From NCBI GenBank assembly GCA_964644695.1, contig CAZXWN010000002.1, positions 1-64,000 on the forward strand: a DNA stretch of 64,000 nt, in the 5' to 3' direction. Source of the stretch: an uncultured bacterium. GTDB taxonomy: Bacteria > UBP4 > UBA4092. The position numbers were made by a program, and so were the translations under genes. Shown here one piece after another: positions 36,904 through 46,133 of the stretch (positions are counted from its first letter, which is position 1; the number at the start of each line of letters is the position of its first letter). The notes under the pieces are model-generated. The model was not told where the DNA came from. It saw nothing but the letters and a program-made list of their open reading frames with translations, and ran no database searches.

Positions 36904-38310
36904 TTATTTGAGGCCCACAATCTTACTGGCATCATTCAGTATTTCCCAGGTGGTATCCATACTTTCAGAACCGGAGTATAACCGGATGACAGGTTCTGTA
37001 TCGGATGTCCGGATGAGGATCCAGCCATTACCTTCAAAACTGAACTTAATCCCATCCAGGGTAGTCACTTTCACGACTTTTTTACCCGCAATAGATGTGG
37101 GAGGATTGTCTTTCAACTTCTGGACTAACCCTAATCGGACAGAGTCTTCCATGTGTGCGTCGATACGGTCGTAATGGAAAGCGCCATAACGGCTGACCAG
37201 GTCATCAGACATTTGTTTCAGGGTCTTACCGCTCATCGCCAGCATTTCAAGGGCTAACATGGCCATAGCCAATCCGTCTCGTTCCGGGATATGATTCTTG
37301 ATTCCGATGCCGCCCGATTCTTCACCTCCAATGAGAATGTCCTGAGTCAACATCAGTTCACAAACATTCTTGAAACCGACTGCCACTTCTGTGACTTTTG
37401 AGTCTCCATAATCAGCGACCATTCGGTCAATGATGGGTGCCAGGGAGACAGTATGAACGACATCTCCAGTCCATCCCCGATTTTTACGCAGGTGCTCATA
37501 GAGTAGAGGAATGGTGTAATGCGGCCAGATGAAGTTACCTTCGTTGTCTATTGCACCGAAACGGTCTGCATCGCCATCAGTTCCAACACCCAAAGCGGCG
37601 TTATTGGTTTTGACTGCTTCAATGAGGGCTTTCAGATTCTTGCCAATAGGTTCAGGCAACACACCTCCGAATAAACAATCCCGATTGCTGTTGATGGAGA
37701 TGACTTTGCTCCCGGTTCCTTCCAGGAGTTTTTCGAGATAATTCTTACCAGAGCCGTGCATGGCATCATGTGCCACGGTAAATTTAGCTTTGGATATCAG
37801 GTTCATATCTACCAGAGATTTCAATTTATTGAGATAGGGAGTAACCTGATCCACTTCTTCGATGTTAGATTTGGTCTGTGCAGAAATAGTTTTGGGTGTA
37901 TTCTGATAGAGGAATTTTTCGATTTCTTTGGTAATGGACGGGACCGCTGATCCACCATAATACCCTTTGAATTTGACCCCGTTGTATTGGGGTGGATTAT
38001 GGGATGCCGTAATCATAATGCCGCCCGCACACTTACAATCTTTCACGGCATAAGAAAGTGCGGGAGTGGGTTCTGCCTCACGACCCAGGAATACTTTTAT
38101 ACCATTAGCCGCCAGCACTTCTGCTGTCAGTTGGGCATAGGTCTCTGATTGGAAACGGTAGTCATACCCCACAGCAATTCCCTGATGAGCGGTTCCCTGG
38201 GATATCAGATATTCCGCTGTGGCCTGGGCAATAATACGGACATTTTCAAATGTGAAAGAGTCCGCGATGATTGCGCGCCATCCATCAGTACCAAAACGAA
38301 TCTTACTCAT
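36904..38310 (-). CDS. Phosphoglucomutase/phosphomannomutase
   Basis: FGTDGWR, TASHNP, DGDADR, GEESGG, RTSDTEP. Confidence 0.95.
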   Translation of the reverse strand: MSKIRFGTDGWRAIIADSFTFENVRIIAQATAEYLISQGTAHQGIAVGYDYRFQSETYAQLTAEVLAANGIKVFLGREAEPTPALSYAVKDCKCAGGIMITASHNPPQYNGVKFKGYYGGSAVPSITKEIEKFLYQNTPKTISAQTKSNIEEVDQVTPYLNKLKSLVDMNLISKAKFTVAHDAMHGSGKNYLEKLLEGTGSKVISINSNRDCLFGGVLPEPIGKNLKALIEAVKTNNAALGVGTDGDADRFGAIDNEGNFIWPHYTIPLLYEHLRKNRGWTGDVVHTVSLAPIIDRMVADYGDSKVTEVAVGFKNVCELMLTQDILIGGEESGGIGIKNHIPERDGLAMAMLALEMLAMSGKTLKQMSDDLVSRYGAFHYDRIDAHMEDSVRLGLVQKLKDNPPTSIAGKKVVKVTTLDGIKFSFEGNGWILIRTSDTEPVIRLYSGSESMDTTWEILNDASKIVGLK

Positions 38311-40006
38311 GTTTATTTAACCTTTCTTGCTCAATAGAATCATAATGAAGCCATCCGGAGATTCCGGTATATTCCATGTTTCGTGTAAAACGAACAGCAT
38401 CTGCAATAACGATTTCGTCAGCATCATTGGATAATGAAACATATCCGGCAGTACCTTTATTAAAGTAATACTTACCCAGACTCATCCATTGCCCACTGTC
38501 TTTTTCCTGATTGACTCGAATCGTTGTCGAGCCGCCAGAATAGTAAATCGTATAAGGCGAATTTGTAGCTCTATTGGGATACGAACTCCACCAGGCCTGT
38601 ACTTCATAAATACCCGCCTCAGTAAAGTTAGGACACCAGAAAGCCTTAGATGATCCTGTTCCTGCGAACTGGTATCGATAATTATCGCCATAACGTTCGG
38701 GCTGGGATGTTGATAGTATCCATGCACTTCCAGATGTGGAAAAACCAGAATAATCGTTATCAATAATTATATCTTTGTAATCACCATCTTTATCAATGAT
38801 GGCTTCTATCAAATCATAATCATATTTACCGTCAGCGGTATATCCCTGAACTTTCAGGGTGTATGTCCCGTCGGGTAATTGTGCAGCATCCCAATAAACA
38901 TAGTGTTGATAGGATGTGCTTACCACAAAAATATTGTCATTGACCCAATAGACAACAGATGACAGGGCGTATCCATTATTTGTTGTTACGCTTAAATATA
39001 AGCCTTGGGAAATAGTCTGGTTGGAGGTGGGTTGGCTGAAATATACTTGAAGTAAGGATGTGTCAGCTGGAATCGTCGTCAGGTAGTAAGGGTTAGCGAT
39101 AGTTCTTTGGTAATTGGTTTGAACGGCATAATTATTTGTTAAAGAAAAGTCGGATTTGTTAATGGCCCTGGAATCATAATCGAACCAGGTGATGAGCTTC
39201 ATTTTGGGGAATTCAGCCTGAAGATTGTCATAAATCAGATTGGTATTGCGAATCCCATAATCGGCGCAGTTATAAGATATTGTCCCACTAGAGTAGGCAT
39301 TTGCGGCGGCCCATTCCGGAAACATGATGGGTTTGTTATGAGGTGCTGCTGAATATTTGTCGTAAACATAACTGATTTTACTGCGGGGGTCTCTGGTATC
39401 TGTGGTCCCAACACCCAGTCCCATGTACATATCAACACCGACCCAGTCCACATATTCGTCACCGGGGTAATAGGAATCAATCGTCGCTGTGGGAGACCAG
39501 TTAGGGGCCCATACCATCACAATGTTAGGCGCTTCTTCTTTGAAGATGTTATATAACATCCGCCATTTTTGGACATAGAGAGTTGTATTGCCGGACCAGA
39601 TAAATTCAGAGAGATTCATCTCCGAAGCCCACCGGACAAAGACGGGAGCTCGTAGCGAATGTGCATCGCGAGCCCATTTACGGATATAGGGTCCATCGGT
39701 TACTGAACCAAGCCCATAAGTAGGTTCAAATCCAAGTTGAATGGCAGAGCCACGGGCTTTTACGCTTTGTGCCCAGGCCAGGGGGAACGCACTATTCCAA
39801 GCATTATAATGCAAATAGCAGGCATGTTTCTTGTTCATAGTGGATTCGAAGGCCAGAACATTGTCCGGAGCAACAGGATCCATCTGAATAAATGCACCCA
39901 GGTAACATCCTGTTTCCGGCTCATATTTGGCAGCCGACAGACTTATTCCCCACACCATCAGGGTGAGAATGAAAGAAAACAGGAGTTTAAATGCAAAACG
40001 CTCCAA
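38303..40006 (-). CDS. Secreted GH26-like glycoside hydrolase with Ig-like and golvesin/xanthan-lyase-type C-terminal domains
   Basis: Signal peptide, RWASEMN (acid/base), YYPGDEYVDWVG.D.Y and KPIMFPEW (nucleophile). The C-terminal domain ends in ADAVRF. Confidence 0.82.
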   Translation of the reverse strand: MERFAFKLLFSFILTLMVWGISLSAAKYEPETGCYLGAFIQMDPVAPDNVLAFESTMNKKHACYLHYNAWNSAFPLAWAQSVKARGSAIQLGFEPTYGLGSVTDGPYIRKWARDAHSLRAPVFVRWASEMNLSEFIWSGNTTLYVQKWRMLYNIFKEEAPNIVMVWAPNWSPTATIDSYYPGDEYVDWVGVDMYMGLGVGTTDTRDPRSKISYVYDKYSAAPHNKPIMFPEWAAANAYSSGTISYNCADYGIRNTNLIYDNLQAEFPKMKLITWFDYDSRAINKSDFSLTNNYAVQTNYQRTIANPYYLTTIPADTSLLQVYFSQPTSNQTISQGLYLSVTTNNGYALSSVVYWVNDNIFVVSTSYQHYVYWDAAQLPDGTYTLKVQGYTADGKYDYDLIEAIIDKDGDYKDIIIDNDYSGFSTSGSAWILSTSQPERYGDNYRYQFAGTGSSKAFWCPNFTEAGIYEVQAWWSSYPNRATNSPYTIYYSGGSTTIRVNQEKDSGQWMSLGKYYFNKGTAGYVSLSNDADEIVIADAVRFTRNMEYTGISGWLHYDSIEQERLNKHE

Positions 40007-40016
40007 GACAGGGTCC

Positions 40017-42170
40017 TTATCGCAGATTGACCAGGCAGACTACCGGTGTATCAGGCAGGAACCGGGCTAATTCAGCGTTAGCATAGGATGTGATTTTTTC
40101 AATTTCCAAGAGTCCAGACAAGTCAATAATTTTGGCTCCACACAGGACAAACAGGTTGGGTAATTCCCGTCCTGCATCGCCATAACCAGTATGAGCTTCA
40201 ATCAGTTTATGTAATGCGCCATCTAAACCTTGTCGTGTGGTTTGAACAACATCACCATTTGAGATTTGTAACCGGACAATTCCTTCTTTATCAATGATTC
40301 TGAGTGCCCGATTTTTCTTGTTATATAAGCCCCAAAGTTTTTTCTGAACTACATCAGCACCGAGAACGTTTAGATAATCCGTCTGGCCTAAAGAAACAAT
40401 CTGCTCCGGAGTGACTTGTATTGAGGTGGCAGCAATTTGCTTCAATTCATCCAGAGTCCGTTCACGGTCTTTGAGGTTTCTGGCTCGCATCTCGGTCGAA
40501 CCGGTTGCTGTAGCTCGCAGAATGTTTTTCTGAGGGTCGATTTCTACTGCTACTTCAATGGTGTCAGGGGCAGCACCCATTTTATGAACGGCTTCTTCTG
40601 CTTCCTTACGGATTTTCAGAATGTCATCGTTGGTAGGGTTAATAACACTTCGTTCAATCGTGTCACGAACCATAGCCAACGCTACACCAATCGCGGAGAT
40701 TACTTCTGCCCGTTTGGCAATAAAAGTCTTCATTTGCATCATCTTGGCAGTATAGGGGACAATCGCCGCAGCACCACCACCGCCACCAATGAGCGAGATG
40801 AGTGTTGGATCTAACTTATATTCTTTGATTAATTGAGTGACAACTTTCACTGCTTTGGGACAGGCTTTTTCCAGAATAGCCTTTGCTGTGTGCTCCTCAT
40901 TTGATTTAAGTTGTTGGCACAAAGGCACAAATGCGGCTTTAATGGCATTTATATCCCCTTTGGCGCAATTATCTTCCGGAACCAGCCCTAATATGTTGGA
41001 AGCACAGGTGGGAGTAAGGGATACCTTCTTCCCGGATTGTCCTTCAATGTAGATGTAATCATCTGGATCGCCTTCTTTGGGGCGAATATGTTTCAATGTG
41101 GCAGATGAGAACTCCTCCGCCTTACTGAATGATGCATAGCCTAGCCCGGCAATATGCGCACTACGGGGTCCAACATCTTCAACATGATTTCCTTTAACAC
41201 GAACCATGGACCCTCCTGCAATCCCAATGGTACGAACATCCAGTGTTCTCAAATAAACACGATGTCCACCGACTTCAGCGGTTTTAATGAGGGCTTTCCC
41301 ATTTTGGATGGCGGATATATCGGTTGATGTTCCACCGACTTCCAGGAAAATACCATCGGAGATTCGCGCATACATCAACGCTGCTGCAACACCCGCCGCA
41401 GGTCCCGACAGCATGGTTAGAATCGGTCTTTTTCGCATCTGTTCGATGTCCATGACACCGCCATCAGACCTCATAATCATCAAGGGGGCTTTAATTCCAG
41501 CTTCCTTGACGGATTTTTCAGTCATATTAGCGGTTTCCATCATCTTTACCAGCATGCTGGCGTTAATTACAGCGGTCCGAGTTCGGAGCTTTAATCCATA
41601 CAATTGAGATATTTCATGGGTGGCGCTGGCAGGGATACCCCGTTCAACACAAGTATCCAATATAAGAAGTTCATTGGCAGGATCGTCAACGCTGAAAGAT
41701 TCTGCTGCAACAATAACTTGTGCGCCTTCCGCCAGGAGTTCATCTATCAATTTATTGATGATATCCGATGTCGGTTTCTCAGATGTATCCAGGAAACGAT
41801 GATGCGTTTTTAAGAAACGGCCGGGTGCTAATTCAATGTGGGCCACATTTGTTTCTGTTTTTGCACGGAGTTTTTCCATCCCTTTTCCCATGCCGATAAT
41901 GCCAACCTCTGCCACATCTCCTTCGAGGAGTGCATTTGTTGCCTGGGTAGTCGAATGAGCAATGAAAGCTACTTCTGATGGGGATATGCCGGCCTTTTCC
42001 AGCAGTTTATGCAGGGATTCGATAATTCCGTGAGCCACACCTTCCTGAGCAGAATGAGTGGTCGGAACCTTGACTTGGGCAATGACTTCTAATTCAAGGG
42101 AGTCTATTGCGACGGCATGAGTAAAAGTACCCCCTACATCGATACCAATTCTGATTTTTCGTTCACTCAT
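40017..42170 (-). CDS. Hydantoinase/oxoprolinase A-family protein (ASKHA fold)
   Basis: IGIDVGGTFT, HSTT.ATNA, SGPAAG, EVGGTSTD, IAGGS. Confidence 0.88.
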   Translation of the reverse strand: MSERKIRIGIDVGGTFTHAVAIDSLELEVIAQVKVPTTHSAQEGVAHGIIESLHKLLEKAGISPSEVAFIAHSTTQATNALLEGDVAEVGIIGMGKGMEKLRAKTETNVAHIELAPGRFLKTHHRFLDTSEKPTSDIINKLIDELLAEGAQVIVAAESFSVDDPANELLILDTCVERGIPASATHEISQLYGLKLRTRTAVINASMLVKMMETANMTEKSVKEAGIKAPLMIMRSDGGVMDIEQMRKRPILTMLSGPAAGVAAALMYARISDGIFLEVGGTSTDISAIQNGKALIKTAEVGGHRVYLRTLDVRTIGIAGGSMVRVKGNHVEDVGPRSAHIAGLGYASFSKAEEFSSATLKHIRPKEGDPDDYIYIEGQSGKKVSLTPTCASNILGLVPEDNCAKGDINAIKAAFVPLCQQLKSNEEHTAKAILEKACPKAVKVVTQLIKEYKLDPTLISLIGGGGGAAAIVPYTAKMMQMKTFIAKRAEVISAIGVALAMVRDTIERSVINPTNDDILKIRKEAEEAVHKMGAAPDTIEVAVEIDPQKNILRATATGSTEMRARNLKDRERTLDELKQIAATSIQVTPEQIVSLGQTDYLNVLGADVVQKKLWGLYNKKNRALRIIDKEGIVRLQISNGDVVQTTRQGLDGALHKLIEAHTGYGDAGRELPNLFVLCGAKIIDLSGLLEIEKITSYANAELARFLPDTPVVCLVNLR

Positions 42171-43030
42171 TTGACAGGTTCCTTCTGAACAAGAGCGATG
42201 GCATTAGTTACTGAGCGTTCCGTACCCGGGAGGCCATTTTTTGCATCAGTAGATACGGAATTGACTAAGGCATTATTGATAACCATGGCAGATGAACCGC
42301 CCCCATCCAGATTTAATGCATCAGTACATCCCAATTGGTCTCTCATAAACTTACCTAAGTCGTCCAAGCTCATTCCTGTAGCAAAACCAGGCTGCCGCCC
42401 ATCCACTACAACCAGATAGACGGTATTATCTTTTGTTACTCCGATTGCTGTTCGTGGATGAGGAGTAGTTCTAAATCCACCACCAAAACCACTTTCTGTG
42501 GTAATAGCGGATAACTGCCCGTTTTGTAAGAGGACAGGACCACCGCCCAAAGCATATTCAACTTTGGACCAGTCAGTTCCATTTAATCCTTTAATGACTC
42601 CATCTTTTGCATCTACGCGGTCAATAATGACTTTATGGTCAGGAGTGAATCCGACAGCGCTTCGGTTGTTAGTTTGATCATGGAGCATCTTACCTTTAAC
42701 ATAGACTAATCCGACATGGGACCCACCAAAATCAAAATACCCTCCATTGATGGCTGCTATGGCATTGGCTCTCTTCGCCATGACGGTTGTTCCTTCATGG
42801 CTCTTCTCTTTTGCGGTTTCAACCGTAAGAGCTAACTCTGACCGATTATAATCTATTTTCAGAATGCTGATATTGCGAATCACTCCGGTTGAATCTGTTT
42901 GCCATTGTGTGTACTCTACTCCATCTGTGACCGGCAGGACAATTTGCCTGTCCATGGCGAGCGAAAAGCTGATACTTAACGACAGCACTAATGCCAAAAG
43001 GAAATAACGAAGGGAACCGTGTGTCTTCAT
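42167..43030 (-). CDS. Secreted phosphodiester glycosidase (NAGPA family)
   Basis: Signal peptide from MKTHG, AAINGGYF, HPRTAIG, VDGRQ, NLDGGGSS. Confidence 0.88.
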   Translation of the reverse strand: MKTHGSLRYFLLALVLSLSISFSLAMDRQIVLPVTDGVEYTQWQTDSTGVIRNISILKIDYNRSELALTVETAKEKSHEGTTVMAKRANAIAAINGGYFDFGGSHVGLVYVKGKMLHDQTNNRSAVGFTPDHKVIIDRVDAKDGVIKGLNGTDWSKVEYALGGGPVLLQNGQLSAITTESGFGGGFRTTPHPRTAIGVTKDNTVYLVVVDGRQPGFATGMSLDDLGKFMRDQLGCTDALNLDGGGSSAMVINNALVNSVSTDAKNGLPGTERSVTNAIALVQKEPVK

Positions 43031-43219
43031 GGTTGAGTAATCCTTACTTTTGAAAGATAGATTGTGAAATACCGTGTTAAAACTGAGGAAATAAGGCAGA
43101 TGTAAGCCTGTCTTTACCTTCATAATCCTACCAAAGGTTGGCCTTTCCTTCAATCAGTTCAAAAAGGATGGAAAAGCAGGATTTTTCTGCTTTGTTTGTA
43201 ACTGTTTTAACTGAACGTC

Positions 43220-43861
43220 TTAATGGATTGGAAGCTGTGGTGTTACACTTTTCGAGGTTGAGTTACTGACCGTTGGAGTTATTTCTGGTTTGCTTTGTGG
43301 TTTATTTTGAGATTCGAGCCATTGTTTGGATGTTCCATCAGGCCTTTTGACGAAGGTAACTGCATCTGCGACGACAATTCCATCCGCCAAGTCAGTCAAT
43401 ACGACCTTACCCGTGGTGTCCGTATTGAATGTATAGGTGCCAAGGGATACCCATTCCGTTTCTTGTTGTGTTTGATTCACAAGGACCTTGAAGGTACCAT
43501 TGGCTGCAGAAATGGTGTAGGTGGCGTCTGTTGCCCGGTTGGAATGGGGAGTGTAGGTAATGAATAATTCATAATCACCTTTTGTTGTAATAATAGGGTT
43601 CCATATAGCCTGGTTCTTCCCTGTTCCTCTGGCGTGGACTAAATAGGAGTATCCCCAATAACCTGACTGTGATGTAGATTCAGGCCAACCGCCAACCATA
43701 TCAAACCCCACAGTCCCTTCATCCACAATAATATCTTTAGTCGTGTCTGGAACATAAGAAGAAGTTTGGGATTTAAATGTCATTATCTCTGGTGCGGCGT
43801 TCACATTAGATAGTGCCAGGGAAGAAAGGATCAGGATTGTGCACACAACGATCTTTTGCAT
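43220..43861 (-). CDS. Secreted stand-alone golvesin/xanthan-lyase-type beta-sandwich protein
   Basis: Signal peptide. KDIIVD...NRAT.A.YTI...VNQ...WVSLG.Y.F...ADAV matches the GH26 C-terminal domain. Confidence 0.72.
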   Translation of the reverse strand: MQKIVVCTILILSSLALSNVNAAPEIMTFKSQTSSYVPDTTKDIIVDEGTVGFDMVGGWPESTSQSGYWGYSYLVHARGTGKNQAIWNPIITTKGDYELFITYTPHSNRATDATYTISAANGTFKVLVNQTQQETEWVSLGTYTFNTDTTGKVVLTDLADGIVVADAVTFVKRPDGTSKQWLESQNKPQSKPEITPTVSNSTSKSVTPQLPIH

Positions 43862-43908
43862 AAAGGGCTCCTTTAGTGACAGATTAACCCTATTCTATGC
43901 AAATTACC

Positions 43909-43952
43909 AATAAAAAAACAGGGTAACCCCAAGGTTACCCTGTTTTTTTATT
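43909..43952 (-). terminator. Intrinsic terminator after pilin-like gene 1
   Basis: 20-bp perfect inverted repeat AATAAAAAAACAGGGTAACC/GGTTACCCTGTTTTTTTATT. Confidence 0.9.
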
Positions 43953-43961
43953 AAATTTTTA

Positions 43962-44513
43962 CTATGGACCATAACGGAAAATATCACCATTAGAAATAGT
44001 ACCATTGGTTGGATCATAAATATCAAACAAATAGGGTGCAACAGCGGCCTCATAATCTCTATCTGGACCAGAGGAAAGAATCATCCACATATTGGTTTGA
44101 CCACTTGCTACTTTGTTATATAAATCAGGGACTGTGGTAAATCGTGCATAATAATTCCCTGCAAAAGCATCATTCCAGAATTCTGGACCCCAGTATGGGT
44201 AATACTGCTGGTCTCCGGTACTGTCGGAAAATGAATCTTTAGGAATAGAGGATAAGTAAGCAACAGGTGTTGTTAACGGGATATATCTTTGTAAACGAGA
44301 TACTCCTGCCACATTGCGTGTAGGGAGGTATTCATTATTATCCACATAATAGCTTTCCATAGCAGTAGCAAAAGTTCTCATTTCACTCTGGGCTCTGGAT
44401 ACTTTGGAACGGACTTGAGCCGCTAAGAAGTTAGGAATAGCAATGGCAGCTAAAATAGCGATAATTGCTACAACAATTAATAATTCAATTAAAGTAAACC
44501 CCTTTTTAGACAT
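43962..44513 (-). CDS. Type IV prepilin/pseudopilin-like protein 1
   Basis: KKG|FTLIELLIVVAIIAILAAIAIPNF cleavage/methylation motif; C-terminal YDPTNGTISNGDI. Confidence 0.93.
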   Translation of the reverse strand: MSKKGFTLIELLIVVAIIAILAAIAIPNFLAAQVRSKVSRAQSEMRTFATAMESYYVDNNEYLPTRNVAGVSRLQRYIPLTTPVAYLSSIPKDSFSDSTGDQQYYPYWGPEFWNDAFAGNYYARFTTVPDLYNKVASGQTNMWMILSSGPDRDYEAAVAPYLFDIYDPTNGTISNGDIFRYGP

Positions 44514-44608
44514 TAAAATTCACCTTCCCTTCTCTATATGATTTTATAAAAACGAAATAAGATTTATAAATAATTATATTACAAAGCCCTGATTTGAAAT
44601 ATAAATAT

Positions 44609-44639
44609 AAAAAGGGCAGGTCAATAATTGACCTGCCCT
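44609..44639 (-). terminator. Intrinsic terminator after pilin-like gene 2
   Basis: AGGGCAGGTCAAT/ATTGACCTGCCCT with a T tract on the minus strand. Confidence 0.82.
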
Positions 44640-44655
44640 GAATAGCATACATTAT

Positions 44656-45204
44656 TTATGGACCATAGCGGAAGATATCTCCGTTAGAGATGGTTCCGTT
44701 AGTTGGATCATAGATTTCAAAGCCAGTCCATGGAGCAAAAGCTGGTTCATAATCACGGTCCGGACCAGAAGACATAACTAACCACATGCTTCCATCACCG
44801 GCAGCGCGACTGTATAAGTCAGGTACTGTGGTGAAACGTGTGTAAGAACCGCTGGTTTTGACTGCGGCAAAGTAATCTGGGCCCCAGTAGGGATAATACT
44901 GTTGATCACCAGTATCCCCAGAGAAAATGTCTTTAGGGACAGCTGATAAATAGCTTACAGGAGTGGTCAAAGGTATAAATCTTTGTAAACGGGAGACACC
45001 AGCAACATTCTGAGTGGGAAGATACCAATTGTTATCGACATAATAACTTTCCATACCTGTTGCAAAAGTCCTCATTTCACTGGTACACCGGGAAACTTTG
45101 GAACGGACTTGAGCCGCTAAGAAGTTAGGAATAGCAATGGCAGCTAAGATAGCAATGATTGCCACAACAATCAATAATTCGATAAGGGTAAATCCTTTTT
45201 TCAT
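44656..45204 (-). CDS. Type IV prepilin/pseudopilin-like protein 2
   Basis: Same N- and C-terminal motifs as protein 1. Confidence 0.93.
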   Translation of the reverse strand: MKKGFTLIELLIVVAIIAILAAIAIPNFLAAQVRSKVSRCTSEMRTFATGMESYYVDNNWYLPTQNVAGVSRLQRFIPLTTPVSYLSAVPKDIFSGDTGDQQYYPYWGPDYFAAVKTSGSYTRFTTVPDLYSRAAGDGSMWLVMSSGPDRDYEPAFAPWTGFEIYDPTNGTISNGDIFRYGP

Positions 45205-45279
45205 AATAAAATTTCACCACCTTTCAGATTCTTTAGATAGTTTTGTACTGATTTCATTTTTGCAGGGATTGTTTTTTAT

Positions 45280-45316
45280 AAAGGTGTGAGCAGGTTTAAA
45301 ATACAAACCTGCTCAC
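45280..45316 (-). terminator. Hairpin/probable terminator after pilin-like gene 3
   Basis: 12-bp stem GTGAGCAGGTTT/AAACCTGCTCAC with a weak U tract. Confidence 0.65.
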
Positions 45317-45327
45317 TCAATTAATTG

Positions 45328-45897
45328 CTATGGTCCGGAACGGAGAATATCACCATTAGATATGGTGCCATTGGTCGGATCATATATTTCAAATTGATAG
45401 GGGGAAACTGCAGGCTCATAATCGCCATCAGGGCCCATGGTCAACATAATCCACATCGTATTACGACCGCCCACGATTTTGTCCTTCAAAGAAGGCACTA
45501 AATCAAACCGGGCATTAGGAGATGAACCCGAACCATCTGGATTCAATCCTGCTAATTGGAAAACATAAGGTGGATCCCAATACGGATAAATTCTCTGTTC
45601 CCAACTAGTGTCTCTGCTGAAAAGATCCAAAGGCAGAGAGGATAAATACGCTATCGGAGTCGTAATCTGAATCAGCCGCTGTGCACGAGTGTAAATACCG
45701 CTATTAGTCCAAGGATATACATTATTATCTACCATATAAGATTCCAACCCATTAGCGACGGACCTCATATCGCTGGAGGCTCTTGATACTTTTGCACGAA
45801 CTTGTGCGTTTAAAAAATTAGGAATAGCGATGGCTGCCAAGATTGCGATGATAGCAACTACGATCAATAATTCAATCAAGGTAAAACCTTTTTTCAT
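45328..45897 (-). CDS. Type IV prepilin/pseudopilin-like protein 3
   Basis: Same N- and C-terminal motifs, with a more divergent middle. Confidence 0.93.
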   Translation of the reverse strand: MKKGFTLIELLIVVAIIAILAAIAIPNFLNAQVRAKVSRASSDMRSVANGLESYMVDNNVYPWTNSGIYTRAQRLIQITTPIAYLSSLPLDLFSRDTSWEQRIYPYWDPPYVFQLAGLNPDGSGSSPNARFDLVPSLKDKIVGGRNTMWIMLTMGPDGDYEPAVSPYQFEIYDPTNGTISNGDILRSGP

Positions 45898-46133
45898 ATA
45901 AAAACACCTCCCTTTTTTATAAAATCTATATCATTTTATATTTTACTACTACTTATTTTTATTTTAAAGGTTTTTTCATAATAATCAAGTACTAAAATAT
46001 GGATTGAATATAAAATATAGCGCTAATAACCACAAATATTTGGTATTAGGGATGAATAGGCGAACCAGGTTTGTATGGAATTTGAAATAGAATTGTAAAA
46101 ATAATATTGTGGAGATGAATATAAAACGACCTG

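Noticed and set aside
43962-45897. Diversity-generating retroelement acting on the pilins
   Set aside because: No reverse transcriptase is present, differences between copies are not adenine-specific, and the C-termini are the conserved part.
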